IMG/VR virus record: IMGVR_UViG_3300032213_002832
Coordinates: 1-64,000 of that record
Length of the DNA stretch: 64,000 nt
DNA from: a virus
Direction: 5' to 3' (one strand)
Part shown: positions 49,283 through 59,810 of the stretch, piece by piece
How the letters are laid out: each line of letters begins with the position of its first letter
Position numbering within the stretch: the first letter of the stretch is position 1
The notes under the pieces: generated by a model
What the model saw: only the letters and a program-made list of their open reading frames with translations
The model's database searches: none
Told to the model about the DNA's origin: nothing
Position numbers and translations under genes: made by a program

Positions 49283-50326
49283 ATGGCTAAAATAACGATT
49301 AACATGGATTCTTTAAAATCTGGCCGTGACTATGTACGTCACAAGATTAAAGATGGCTCTAATATCTATAGGATATTGCCACCTCACGGTGATGCCTCTG
49401 TACATAATAACTACCCATACCGCAGATGGAGCACAGTGTGGTTACACGATCCAAAAGCTAATAAAAGACTTCCATTCGCCACTCCACTAATGGATGGCAA
49501 AGATTGTCCTATTAAAGAATATGGTGATGCTCTAACTGCGCGTATTGAACAAATCAAGAACAAACTTGCGTCAGAGGGTCATTCTGAGTCAGAGATTAAG
49601 ACTGAACTTGAAGGATTACGTCAAATACAGTGGAGTCTTAAAGTAAACTATACTTATGCGTATAATGCTTGTGACCAAGCTGGTACAGTCGGTATTCTAG
49701 AATTAAAACCAACAGCACACAAATCAATGAAAAAGATGATGAATTTATTCATTACAGAGAATAGCCAAGATCCAACAACACTCGGTGCCTCTTCTGATGA
49801 GTATGGTGTTTGGTTCAATATTCTAAAAGAAGGTCAGAAAAAAGATACAGAATATAGCGTAGCATTCCATCAGACTAAAGAGAAGCGAGATGGAAAATTG
49901 ATTAAAATTGATGATACCTCACCATTGCCAGACAATGTTATTGAGAACTACGATAGTCTAGCATATGATCTAAATGCCATCTATACACGTAGATCATATA
50001 ATGAACTAAAAGCGATTCTAATCGCCAACCTTGCTATGATAGCAAATGATGTTCCTGAAGCAATATTGCCGGGATACGAGAGCAGTGAAAAACCTACACT
50101 AGTTGCACCTGTTAGATCATTACCAACACAGAAAACCTCTGCCCCTGCTGCTAAGGTTGCGCTAAATCTACGTGATGAAGATGATGACGAAGATGACGGG
50201 ATTCCATTTAGCGGATCAACAAAAAGAGCACCAGTTCCAGTATCTGTCCCAACAAGAAGAGCGGCAGCTAAGTTTGAAGATGATGATGAACTAAATAGAC
50301 TTACAAATGAAATCTTAGGAGACTAA
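49283..50326 (+). CDS. Single-stranded DNA-binding protein (gp32-like)
   Basis: KDGSNIYRILPP, DCPI, DTEYSV and an acidic C-terminal tail; sits in the SSB-UvsY-RecA cluster. Confidence 0.7.
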   Translation: MAKITINMDSLKSGRDYVRHKIKDGSNIYRILPPHGDASVHNNYPYRRWSTVWLHDPKANKRLPFATPLMDGKDCPIKEYGDALTARIEQIKNKLASEGHSESEIKTELEGLRQIQWSLKVNYTYAYNACDQAGTVGILELKPTAHKSMKKMMNLFITENSQDPTTLGASSDEYGVWFNILKEGQKKDTEYSVAFHQTKEKRDGKLIKIDDTSPLPDNVIENYDSLAYDLNAIYTRRSYNELKAILIANLAMIANDVPEAILPGYESSEKPTLVAPVRSLPTQKTSAPAAKVALNLRDEDDDEDDGIPFSGSTKRAPVPVSVPTRRAAAKFEDDDELNRLTNEILGD

Positions 50327-50327
50327 G

Positions 50328-50801
50328 ATGTCTCAAGACCTCGTTAAGGTTGAGGAGGGACTACGGTCTCTCCGTCTTGATCGACTTGCCGAGTTTACAA
50401 AAAAGATCGAAGATATTTCTAAAGGGTTCAACACTATGTTGGCCCCTGTTTATCTACGAGATTTTATTATGGCATACGATTTCACAAACACAATGCTGGC
50501 ATCAGCTATGAGAATGCATGGGATTGCTGATTCTGCTCTTCGCACTGCTGAAGCAGTAGCATACTTTGAAAATGCACCAGAGTATCTAAAATCTAAAGAT
50601 GTAAAAGATAGCGATGCAGCTAGAAAAAGATATGTACCAATGGATCCAGCAGTTCAACAAGCAGATAAGATTAAAGCACAGGCTGAGGCTATGGTTGTAT
50701 TTTTAAAGAATAAACTACAAGCATTCCGTTTAGCACATGATGATACAAAGAAAATAGCTTATGCTAATGAAAACAATGACTCGCCTTATGAAGGCATGTA
50801 A
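50328..50801 (+). CDS. UvsY-like recombination mediator
   Basis: Helical 157 aa with SDAARKRYV..DP pattern; lies between SSB and RecA. Confidence 0.5.
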   Translation: MSQDLVKVEEGLRSLRLDRLAEFTKKIEDISKGFNTMLAPVYLRDFIMAYDFTNTMLASAMRMHGIADSALRTAEAVAYFENAPEYLKSKDVKDSDAARKRYVPMDPAVQQADKIKAQAEAMVVFLKNKLQAFRLAHDDTKKIAYANENNDSPYEGM

Positions 50802-50822
50802 GATATAAAATAAGGAATAAGT

Positions 50823-51953
50823 ATGAGTAAAGATAAATGGATGTCCAAATTAGTAGAGGATTTTGGTATTATTGCTAGTCAACTTAATACAAAACTTCCA
50901 CCTGTCATACCCACGCGATCACCATCATTAAACTATGCTACAGGAATAGGCGGATTTCAGCCAGGTAAAATACTTATCCCATATGGACCTGAATCATCAG
51001 GTAAGTCGCTTTTAGCCATGATGGCAATTGCTGATTATCAGAAAATGGATCCAGAAGCTATATTTATATGGTTTGATGCTGAATTCTCATTCAATCTACC
51101 ACTATTTAAAAAGATTGGTGGAAATGCTGAAAAATTGATTATTAGAAGATCAAATGATCCACTACTAATATTCGATTATATTGGCAAAGATCTGCTCGCC
51201 ATGCTACAAGATGGCGCTCCTGTAAGAGGAATTGTCATCGACTCCATAAAGGCTATTAGATACCCTAAAGAAACAAATATGAAGCAAACCACCGATCAAA
51301 AAATGGGTGGAACTGGAGCTAGCTATTTACCGTCAGCTTTAAAATTGATAATACCAATCATTGCTGAATATAATCTATTAACATTCTTAATACAACAAGT
51401 TACAATGGAAATCGATCCAATGAAAGCACTGCGTAATCCGTATGTGATAACAGAGGGTAGAGCTCTTAAACATGCTGGCGATTTGATGTTAGAGATTGTC
51501 AAACTAGATACAAAAAATGGTGTTTTAGAAGATGGAAAAACAATCTCTGGTGCTGCTCAGCAAACAGGCCATGTTGTTAGGGTGAAGGTTAAGAAGAACC
51601 GCCTTGGTGTTCCAGCACGTATGGCTCAATTTACATACAGCTACGATCATGGCATTATTAATACAGGTGATGAGATATTCGATTTAGCTAAATCACTAAA
51701 TGTAGTCTACCATCCTGTTAATCCTTCTACCGGTAAAGAAAACAACATGATGTGGCAATTCGCTAACTATCCTCCTATTCGTGGTGAAGATGCTATGCGT
51801 AAATTTGTTTTAGAATCTAAGAGGATTCAAGAGGAAATCATGGAAGCATGTAACCAGTGTAAAAGTGATAACATTAGTTTTGATGCTGATGGCATGGTTA
51901 TAGATACAGATTCTATTGATCTTGATGTTGGCGTTCCAGAGTTGGATGAATGA
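50823..51953 (+). CDS. recA: RecA/UvsX-like recombinase
   Basis: YGPESSGKS, FDAEF, IVIDSI, EGRALKH, VKVKKNR. Confidence 0.92.
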   Translation: MSKDKWMSKLVEDFGIIASQLNTKLPPVIPTRSPSLNYATGIGGFQPGKILIPYGPESSGKSLLAMMAIADYQKMDPEAIFIWFDAEFSFNLPLFKKIGGNAEKLIIRRSNDPLLIFDYIGKDLLAMLQDGAPVRGIVIDSIKAIRYPKETNMKQTTDQKMGGTGASYLPSALKLIIPIIAEYNLLTFLIQQVTMEIDPMKALRNPYVITEGRALKHAGDLMLEIVKLDTKNGVLEDGKTISGAAQQTGHVVRVKVKKNRLGVPARMAQFTYSYDHGIINTGDEIFDLAKSLNVVYHPVNPSTGKENNMMWQFANYPPIRGEDAMRKFVLESKRIQEEIMEACNQCKSDNISFDADGMVIDTDSIDLDVGVPELDE

Positions 51954-52327
51954 GTAAGATTAATGAAATCGCGGATAAGGTGGACGAGATCGCCAGCTTT
52001 TATCCCAATCTAGATTTCAGCTACATCTTAGTAGCACCGAAACTATTTAGTAATATGCTTATTGCATTAAATGCATCACCATGGTATCACCAACATAAAT
52101 CTCCTACTGGTGTTGCGTTTGAGAATATCGTGTTACAAACACGTCATGGTGAACTATATGTTAAACCGGAAATAGATTTGGAAGAGGATGATTTGGTTTT
52201 GATGGATAAATCCGGCAATAGATACTCATATAAGCACTTCTTTGTTAATATGCTGGCGGAAAAAATCCTACTAGAGGAGAATGATAATGAAGATATTACT
52301 CATTGGAGATCCTCACCTACAATTTAG
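51950..52327 (+). CDS. Hypothetical protein
   Basis: ATGA-coupled to recA. Confidence 0.5.
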   Translation: MSKINEIADKVDEIASFYPNLDFSYILVAPKLFSNMLIALNASPWYHQHKSPTGVAFENIVLQTRHGELYVKPEIDLEEDDLVLMDKSGNRYSYKHFFVNMLAEKILLEENDNEDITHWRSSPTI

Positions 52328-53294
52328 CAGGTTTGATACTGCTAAAAAGTTTTTAAGATGGATTGATGAAGTTGTAACTAAACATAAGCCAGACTTAGTT
52401 ATTAACTTAGGCGACACGTTTCATGATCATGGTGTATTGAGATCTGAGATAGTATCAGAATTTAATAGTCATGTTAAAAGAGTAACAGAAAAAGTACCAT
52501 ATATGTATGTGTTGGGCAATCATGATATGGCGAAGCCACGAGATGCTACATATCATGCTCTTCAAGCATTTAAAGATGTTTATGAAGATTTTACAGTAGT
52601 AGATTCTATCTCTCATAGAGAAGATTTAGGTATTACGTTTGTGCCTTTTCAAGCAAATGATCGAGATTTCCCAACTCAGACATTACCAATTTGTATAGCA
52701 CACCAGACATTCGCCGGATGTGATTTTGGTGGCTATAGACCAGATGATGGCCTTGATCCAGATAAGATATCCGCAGATATTATAATAAGTGGACATATCC
52801 ATAAGAAGCAAGCATTCGGTAAAGTCTTCTATCCAGGTAGTCCATACTCTCAAAGCATGAGGGATATCGGGCAGATTAAGGGATTATCGCTATTTGATAC
52901 AGAAACATATAAGACGCAATTCATCCAATGCCCACTACCGTCCTGGCAAAGTCTTGAAGTAGTGGTGTCCGATATTAAGTCAACAATATCTCATATATCC
53001 AATTCCGTAAATGAAACTGATAATTGGGTTGTAGTTTTTACAGGCCCACGTAAAGAGATTGCTGCTATTTTTGAATCTAAAGATTGGAAAAAACTATGTG
53101 AAAAACATAGGATTTCTACCCGTACTAAGTACGTTGATTCAGATCGGGTAGAAAGGATTAAGATTAAGGCTCATACGGTAACTGACGTAGTTGAAGAGTA
53201 TGTTGATAAGGTCTATTCTGGTGGAATAGATAAGGCATTAATAAAGAAGACAATGCGACAACTATTTGATAATTATGACAAAAATAATGTTTAA
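52281..53294 (+). CDS. SbcD/Mre11/gp47-like metallophosphoesterase nuclease
   Basis: IGDPH, LGDTFH, LGNHD, AHQ, SGHIH, YPGSP. Confidence 0.9.
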   Translation: MIMKILLIGDPHLQFSRFDTAKKFLRWIDEVVTKHKPDLVINLGDTFHDHGVLRSEIVSEFNSHVKRVTEKVPYMYVLGNHDMAKPRDATYHALQAFKDVYEDFTVVDSISHREDLGITFVPFQANDRDFPTQTLPICIAHQTFAGCDFGGYRPDDGLDPDKISADIIISGHIHKKQAFGKVFYPGSPYSQSMRDIGQIKGLSLFDTETYKTQFIQCPLPSWQSLEVVVSDIKSTISHISNSVNETDNWVVVFTGPRKEIAAIFESKDWKKLCEKHRISTRTKYVDSDRVERIKIKAHTVTDVVEEYVDKVYSGGIDKALIKKTMRQLFDNYDKNNV

Positions 53295-53330
53295 GTATGT
53301 ATATCTGATATTATAACATAGGTAAGAGAT

Positions 53331-53783
53331 ATGACTCGTCCAGTAGAAGAAATCTTAGATCAGCACCGATGGCTCATGAATAATGGGCTAATAAACGATC
53401 TTCATAAGGATACTTTATACCTATACGGTACTTTAGTACACAAAGACGTCCAGGCAGTTGAACTAAGTATAGATGTGGAAAGCAAATCATTGTCCTATAT
53501 AATATATGTAGGCACAAGTTTGTATAAAAGCTATATGACTTACCAAGAATTGCGTACAACTACTACTGTGTTTGGACTTCTAAGATTAAAGTTTCTGCTT
53601 AAGAGAATGGGAAATCTAAATTTTATGGCAATTCTAAACAGTTTTGTAAAGGACTATTGTGGTCCAAATTGGAAAGTGGCATTAGAAATCAAGGATTTTA
53701 AATATTATGAGGACGGTTTTAAGGGGATTAACGACGGATCAGAAGATGATCCACGAGCTAATCCTAATCTTAACAAAGAATGA
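53331..53783 (+). CDS. Hypothetical protein
   Basis: 150 aa; TGATATTAT at 53306-53314 upstream. Confidence 0.55.
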   Translation: MTRPVEEILDQHRWLMNNGLINDLHKDTLYLYGTLVHKDVQAVELSIDVESKSLSYIIYVGTSLYKSYMTYQELRTTTTVFGLLRLKFLLKRMGNLNFMAILNSFVKDYCGPNWKVALEIKDFKYYEDGFKGINDGSEDDPRANPNLNKE

Positions 53784-54153
53784 GGACCTACAACAAGACC
53801 TCTGGCTCTCCTACCTCTGCGGAGAAATAGATTCAACTTTCTCCAATAAATTAAGACAGTTATCCCTATCTCAAAAAATACAACAAACAGCCTCACACAA
53901 CTTTCAAGATATAATCAACTTAAATATTCCACAAGATCAACTAGACGAACTATCAGAGCTACAGTGCTTAATTTTGTTTATGACTATATTAGGTTATAGT
54001 TTAAAACAGGTTAGAGAGTATAATAGTGTAAGTCAGGTTGCTATCAATAAAGAGATGGCTACTCTATCTAAACATGCATTGTGGGTACAGTATGGGTCTA
54101 AAGAGATATCTAAATCCAGATCAAAGATTCGGATTAACAGAACAAGAGATTAA
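53707..54153 (+). CDS. Degenerate ECF-sigma-like / late transcriptional regulator (start possibly 53746)
   Basis: NEDLQQDLWLSYL resembles sigma region 2; LDELSELQCLILFMTILGYSLKQV...VSQVAINK resembles region 4; directly upstream of the terminase genes. Confidence 0.45.
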   Translation: MRTVLRGLTTDQKMIHELILILTKNEDLQQDLWLSYLCGEIDSTFSNKLRQLSLSQKIQQTASHNFQDIINLNIPQDQLDELSELQCLILFMTILGYSLKQVREYNSVSQVAINKEMATLSKHALWVQYGSKEISKSRSKIRINRTRD

Positions 54154-54715
54154 GGTCTCTGAGAAATATTTAAGACGCTATAAAACAGCTGGAGCTATTG
54201 GCGAATCTGAATCAAGCAAGCTATATGAGCTACTCATGATAGGTTACTCTTTTAGTGACATCCATAACCAATACCCACAATATCCTATGGGTCAAATTAT
54301 ACTAACAGCTGCACTTCGTGGTTGGTGTAAAGACAGAGATAAAATGATGGGAACCCTGCGTGATCGAATTCAGGCTAGGGCAGCAAAGAGTATTATTGAG
54401 CAAGTAGATTTTCTTACGTCCATGCTCTCTGTAGCTAATGTACAACATTTAGACGCTATGCGTAAATATATATTAGATCCAGTAAATAATCCATTACCTA
54501 AATTACTCATTAGCGATATTAAGGAATACAAAGAGGTTGCTGAAACTCTAAATAAGTTAATATCTGGTACATCTTCTGGTGGAAAAAAGAGCACAATGAT
54601 GGATGCTGTATCCGCACAAGCATCCACTAGTAAAATAGAAAAAACAGCTAATAAACCACAGGGTAAAGTTTTAGATATTAGACAACTAGATATGGCTAAT
54701 GAAGATGACGAATAA
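54092..54715 (+). CDS. Putative terminase small subunit
   Basis: Helical, HTH-like N-terminal half; overlaps the TerL start; start moved to ATG 54092. Confidence 0.55.
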   Translation: MGLKRYLNPDQRFGLTEQEIKVSEKYLRRYKTAGAIGESESSKLYELLMIGYSFSDIHNQYPQYPMGQIILTAALRGWCKDRDKMMGTLRDRIQARAAKSIIEQVDFLTSMLSVANVQHLDAMRKYILDPVNNPLPKLLISDIKEYKEVAETLNKLISGTSSGGKKSTMMDAVSAQASTSKIEKTANKPQGKVLDIRQLDMANEDDE

Positions 54716-56705
54716 GAAACCTAAAAAGGCTAAGACACAAAAAGTAGAGACTGTTAAGCATAAGGTAAATATTTTAAAAACACTCACTATAGAACAGCGC
54801 ACTGAGTTGTTTTTTCGCATTTGTAAGACAAGAGCAGAACTAAAAGCCTGGATTAGGTTGTTCTTGGGTCTGGATATGCCAGATACCACTGTTTCTCGAT
54901 ATGCAGATACAAATCCATTGGATATCATATGGCTTATATATGAAATATGTGTACTTGAGAAAAATCCAGACAATATAGAAGAATTATTATGCGTAGCTGG
55001 AAGGGGTAGTGGAAAAACCTTGGCTGTAGCTATAGCCGAATTTATATTATTATTCCATGATCAAAGAGATGTTGCTCACGTAGGGGCAATTCTTTCACAA
55101 GCTAAGCGATGTTATCAGTATCAGCAGGGCTTCATGCTTAGCGAAAGAGTTAAGCCAATATTAAGCCAATCAATCGACGGTTTTCCTGTCATGGAAAAAA
55201 CAACACAAGAAAAAAGCTCATTTAATGTTAGAGATAGAAAAACAGGCGAACTAGTTAAGATAGACCTAGAAGTATTACCTTGTACACTTAAGTCGGTAAA
55301 CGGTTTTCACGGCGCATTTGTATCCGTAGATGAGATTGATACGGTTCAAGGCGAAGGCGTGAGAGCATTCCAAGATATTTCCGGTATGCTGGATTCCAAG
55401 AGAGGTCGCAAGTCTCTCCGTGTTGGTATATCGACAAGGAAAACACGAAATGGGTTGATGAATCAGCAAATTGAGGATGCTGATGCTCAGGGTAGAACTG
55501 TTAAAAAATGGACAGTTTTAGAGTTCAGTGAACGTTGTCCAGATGAAAGATCTGGAACTACACCTACAGTTGGCTATTATCTACAAGATTCTATGGAAGT
55601 AATCTCTGAAGAATTGTGGCTTAAGAAAGACCCTAAAAAGCAAGAAGAATATAGCAGACAAGAGTTTGCTGGGGAAGGATGTTTAAAATGTCCGATGGCA
55701 GCATTGTGTCTATCTGACGCAAAGAAACAGACGTCTAAATCTCCTATGTTAAAACCAATCTCTGACGCAATTAAGAAAACTAGAGAAAACGGAGCAGATT
55801 GGGCAATATCACAGCTTTATAACTTAAAACCCTCTGTTGAAGGTATCGTATATAAAGAATTTGATGAAAAGGAACATGTTAAAGACTGGAACCAAATGTG
55901 GTTCGTACTTACAAACCAAGAATTTCCTGGTGAGTGTACCCATGATATCTTCGTCAAAAAATGCCATAGTATGGGATTATCTTGTTATGCTGGCATTGAC
56001 TGGGGATGGTCTAACCCTAGTACTGTAGTTTACTTTTTTGTAGATAAAAGAGAAAACATATATGTGGTACGTTGCGAAGGTAGGACGTACACTAATAACC
56101 CAACATGGGCACAGATTATAAAGAGCAAATGGCAACATATGTATCGATGCCAGCTTTATCTACCTGACTTAGCAAACCCCGGCGATGCTCAGACTATGAG
56201 ATTCGAGGGGTTACCATGTCCATCTGAACAACTTAAAGATACCCCTGGTGGTATACAAGTTATTAAAAAATGGCTAAAAAGCTTAGCTTCAATAAATACA
56301 AAGATATTCTTTGCAAAAGAAACATGCGGACCAATAATCACCGAGTTCGGTCTATACCACTTTAAAACAGATGCTGCTGGTAAGATCACTGATGACGTAG
56401 AGAAAGAGCATGATCACTGGTTGGATGCGCTCAGATACGCAATGTACCATTTATTTGGTAAGAGTTCAGCAATTGTTGGTGATGATGACTTTGACATTAA
56501 GAGTTCAGCTTTCGATAGAAATGGAACCTACTCCAGAATGCCCTCTCCTGAAGAATTTGCTTTGTCAAAGAATATCAAAATAAACCCAGACATAACTCAA
56601 GATAAGAGTAAATTAGGGCAAATTGGTACTAAACATGATCTAGATAATGATGGCAATGACGATGATGGGATAGGTGGTAATGGAAGTTTCTTGTGGTCAA
56701 TATAG
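54699..56705 (+). CDS. terL: Terminase large subunit
   Basis: AGRGSGKT, VSVDEID, GIST, GIDWGWSNP, DHWLDALRY. Confidence 0.92.
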   Translation: MKMTNKKPKKAKTQKVETVKHKVNILKTLTIEQRTELFFRICKTRAELKAWIRLFLGLDMPDTTVSRYADTNPLDIIWLIYEICVLEKNPDNIEELLCVAGRGSGKTLAVAIAEFILLFHDQRDVAHVGAILSQAKRCYQYQQGFMLSERVKPILSQSIDGFPVMEKTTQEKSSFNVRDRKTGELVKIDLEVLPCTLKSVNGFHGAFVSVDEIDTVQGEGVRAFQDISGMLDSKRGRKSLRVGISTRKTRNGLMNQQIEDADAQGRTVKKWTVLEFSERCPDERSGTTPTVGYYLQDSMEVISEELWLKKDPKKQEEYSRQEFAGEGCLKCPMAALCLSDAKKQTSKSPMLKPISDAIKKTRENGADWAISQLYNLKPSVEGIVYKEFDEKEHVKDWNQMWFVLTNQEFPGECTHDIFVKKCHSMGLSCYAGIDWGWSNPSTVVYFFVDKRENIYVVRCEGRTYTNNPTWAQIIKSKWQHMYRCQLYLPDLANPGDAQTMRFEGLPCPSEQLKDTPGGIQVIKKWLKSLASINTKIFFAKETCGPIITEFGLYHFKTDAAGKITDDVEKEHDHWLDALRYAMYHLFGKSSAIVGDDDFDIKSSAFDRNGTYSRMPSPEEFALSKNIKINPDITQDKSKLGQIGTKHDLDNDGNDDDGIGGNGSFLWSI

Positions 56706-56811
56706 ATAATAAAGTCGTATTTACATATACTTGGTATAAGAATAGTGCTATATGTTGCGATAGTATGATAATAAGATATAATTAATATAAAGAACGTACT
56801 GGAGGCATTTA

Positions 56812-58749
56812 ATGGGCTTTTTTGATGATCTAACTAAAGGTATTAAAGGCGCCTTATTAAACGATATTAATGAGTTATCTAAAGGCGATGGCAACAAAGT
56901 CATTGATAAGCCACAACAACTACCCGAAAACGAAGGTTCAATAGGTCAAAAGGCTATAATTGACGATCCCTTCTTTGACCAAGTACAGCAACATTTTATT
57001 TTCAGAAACAAAGTATCTCGCATATCTAATAAAACCCTAAAAAGTGTCTCTATGAGAGATTGGGTCGTATCTGCAGCTATACAAGCTAGATGTGACACAA
57101 TGCTGCGATTTGCTCGTCCTCAGCACAAAATGTTTGAGATGGGTTTTAAAATACGCAAGAAAAATCATACAGAAGATCTATCGGTAGAAGATCGTGCCAT
57201 GATTGACAATCTACAAGATTTCATCTATCATTGCGGACGTAAAGATAATGTCCCTCCTGGCGATGAAATGAATTTTGGTGAATTTTTAAAACTATGTACT
57301 CGTGATGCTTTAACATTTGGTCACGTTGCTATTGAAAAAGTACTAACTCGTAAAGGTAGTCTTCATCGTTTTAGACCAGTACCATCAGAAGCTGTATACA
57401 ATATCAACTCTAAAACTAGTAAAGACATTATAGCTAAAGAGATTACAAATGCACGAAAAACTTATAAAATTAAGCAAAACTCTGCAAATACTAATAATTC
57501 AGCTGAATCAGTACAACAATATAATGAACCACCAATAGATTACTACAAATATGTTCAAATGTCGTATGATGAGCGCGTTTTAGCGGCATTCGGTAATGAG
57601 GATATGATATTTAAGCTATTTAATCCACAGAATTTTGCAGATTCTATGGGGTATTGCTATTCACCACTTGAATTAGCTATTATCAATGTTACTAATCACT
57701 TAAATGTCGAAAACTATAACTCTAACTTCTTTACCCATGGATATGCAGCAAGAGGCATCCTACATTTAAAAGGTGCTGTTACTCAATCCCAACTTGCCTC
57801 ATTCCGTCGTCAATTTTACAATTCTATATCTGGTACACAGAATGCTTGGCGAACACCAATTATTGCTGGTATAGATGAAGTTGATTGGGTACCAATGTCT
57901 GGATCTGCCAAAGAGATGGAGTATCTAAACTACAACAACCACGTTATACGTGCTATCTGTACTCAATTCCAAATCGACCCAGTAGAACTAGGCCTAGATT
58001 ACCTAATAAGCGGTACAGGTCGTTCTTCATCACAGCAAGCTAATAATGAATACAAGATCAACTACTCCCGCGAACGTGGTTTGATCCCTATTCTAATGTT
58101 GTTTGAAGACATGATGAATGCTAATGTCTTACCAGCTATCGACCCTGAGATAGCTAAAAAGTTTGAGTTTAAGTTTACTGGTATTGATGAAGAATCTGCT
58201 CAAACAAATGTTGCTTTACAGCAAGCTCAAATGACCGTATTCTCCACAATGAATGATCTTCTTAGAGGCGAAGGCAAAGAACCAATTAAGCATGAAGTGG
58301 CGAACCTACCACTTAACCAAACCTTCTGGGCCTTAGTAGAAAAGAATATGACACGCGGAGAGATTCGTGCAACATTCTTTGGAGATAAGGGTGCAGATAA
58401 GAGAAGAGAGTTACAATATTTACCAGCTGATCCCGCATTTCTTAGCTGGCAACAGCTACTATTAACCATAGACAGTCAGAAGAAACAAGCTGAAGCGCAA
58501 CAACAGCAAGCTGAACAAGAAGCACAACAAGCTGCTCATGATCAAAAAATGGCTGAAGCTAAACATAATCGCGAACAAGAGATGCATGATTTGCAAATAG
58601 ATGATCATAAGAATCGTCAAGCTCATGCAGCAGCAGGCGGTCTTTCATTAAAAGATGCAGCTAAACAATTTGGAGCTGGATCTAAAGCTATAAATATTGA
58701 TGGACAATCAACATCAAATCCAATAAACTCGGACTTAGCAGATACATAG
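56812..58749 (+). CDS. Portal protein
   Basis: Follows TerL; GYCYSPLE, YNSNFFTHG..ARGIL, NAWRTPI, KEMEY, FQIDPVELG pattern of SPO1/Twort-like portals. Confidence 0.88.
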   Translation: MGFFDDLTKGIKGALLNDINELSKGDGNKVIDKPQQLPENEGSIGQKAIIDDPFFDQVQQHFIFRNKVSRISNKTLKSVSMRDWVVSAAIQARCDTMLRFARPQHKMFEMGFKIRKKNHTEDLSVEDRAMIDNLQDFIYHCGRKDNVPPGDEMNFGEFLKLCTRDALTFGHVAIEKVLTRKGSLHRFRPVPSEAVYNINSKTSKDIIAKEITNARKTYKIKQNSANTNNSAESVQQYNEPPIDYYKYVQMSYDERVLAAFGNEDMIFKLFNPQNFADSMGYCYSPLELAIINVTNHLNVENYNSNFFTHGYAARGILHLKGAVTQSQLASFRRQFYNSISGTQNAWRTPIIAGIDEVDWVPMSGSAKEMEYLNYNNHVIRAICTQFQIDPVELGLDYLISGTGRSSSQQANNEYKINYSRERGLIPILMLFEDMMNANVLPAIDPEIAKKFEFKFTGIDEESAQTNVALQQAQMTVFSTMNDLLRGEGKEPIKHEVANLPLNQTFWALVEKNMTRGEIRATFFGDKGADKRRELQYLPADPAFLSWQQLLLTIDSQKKQAEAQQQQAEQEAQQAAHDQKMAEAKHNREQEMHDLQIDDHKNRQAHAAAGGLSLKDAAKQFGAGSKAINIDGQSTSNPINSDLADT

Positions 58750-58770
58750 TTTTTAGTATAATATTAATAT

Positions 58771-58812
58771 ATAACGTGTATAGACATAATTAGTTTATGC
58801 ACGTTATTTTAT
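58771..58812 (+). terminator. 15-bp hairpin (two G-U pairs) with T-rich tail after the portal gene
   Basis: ATAACGTGTATAGAC-ataatta-GTTTATGCACGTTAT. Confidence 0.6.
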
Positions 58813-58882
58813 ACACTTATTTTATTTCATGATGTGTATAATTATTGAGAATAATCTGTCTTAAAGATAAGAGGTGCTAGTA

Positions 58883-59809
58883 ATGGCGTGGGTTATATGC
58901 GAAGGTTTAGATAGAGTTGGCAAGAGCACAGTTGCCGAACTGTATAAGCGACAAGGATTTCAGGTAATCCACATGTCGGCACCTAATAAGAAATATAAAC
59001 AACCAGGATACTCTGGACCATCATATTTAGATGAAATACTAGATATGTTAATGGAACATGACGGTAAAGACGTATTCTGGGATAGAAGTTGGTATGGCGA
59101 ATCTTCTATATGGCCTCATGTCTATGGTAGAGAGCCAGCGCTTTCAGAAGACGAATTAGAAATTCTTCAAGAATATGAAGAGCGAAATGAAGCTCTTAAA
59201 ATTCTAATGACTGACCCTAATACAGAAGCACATTGGAAACGATGCGTTGAAAACAACGAGCCATTGACACACCCGCAATTTCGTTTAGCCAATAGTCTGT
59301 ACGCAAAACTTGCACATAAGTATAACTTTGTGCCAAAACAATTGAGTGACTTTAACCATGACATTAGTAAACCTAAAGCAAAAAATGATGAACAAATTAG
59401 TAATGTTGATTCTGAAGTATCAGAAAACACAAAAACTAACAATACTAGAAAAGACATCGTTACTAGCAATATTAGCATCGTTGCGAATACTAAACCTATT
59501 CATGAAAAAAACTCCGGTCTTGAAAGACTCGAAAAAGCTAACGCAATTTCAGCAATCCTCAGCAAGCGCCTTATTAAACAAAGAGGCGATGCGTTCGACG
59601 AACTCGAAGGAGAAGTTACCGACTTCCTTAAGGGACGATTGGAAGAACTTTTAGGTGCTAAAAAGGCTTCTACTCCCTCATTTGCAGAAGAAGAGATTGA
59701 AATACTCAAGGTATTCTGTAAACGTTTAATGGAAAAAGAAAAAGAATCGCAAAGTGTACAGACAAATGTAAGTAAAACCTCTATTAATAGACAACCAATC
59801 AGGAGATAG
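58883..59809 (+). CDS. Thymidylate/dNMP kinase-like protein with C-terminal extension
   Basis: ICEGLDRVGKST P-loop; WDRSWYGE; start moved to ATG 58883 (SD GAGG). Confidence 0.8.
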   Translation: MAWVICEGLDRVGKSTVAELYKRQGFQVIHMSAPNKKYKQPGYSGPSYLDEILDMLMEHDGKDVFWDRSWYGESSIWPHVYGREPALSEDELEILQEYEERNEALKILMTDPNTEAHWKRCVENNEPLTHPQFRLANSLYAKLAHKYNFVPKQLSDFNHDISKPKAKNDEQISNVDSEVSENTKTNNTRKDIVTSNISIVANTKPIHEKNSGLERLEKANAISAILSKRLIKQRGDAFDELEGEVTDFLKGRLEELLGAKKASTPSFAEEEIEILKVFCKRLMEKEKESQSVQTNVSKTSINRQPIRR

Positions 59810-59810
59810 T

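Noticed and set aside
44680-56705. Inteins or group I introns in dnaE, recA or terL
   Set aside because: Lengths are explained by recognised domains, and no splice motifs or interrupted frames were seen
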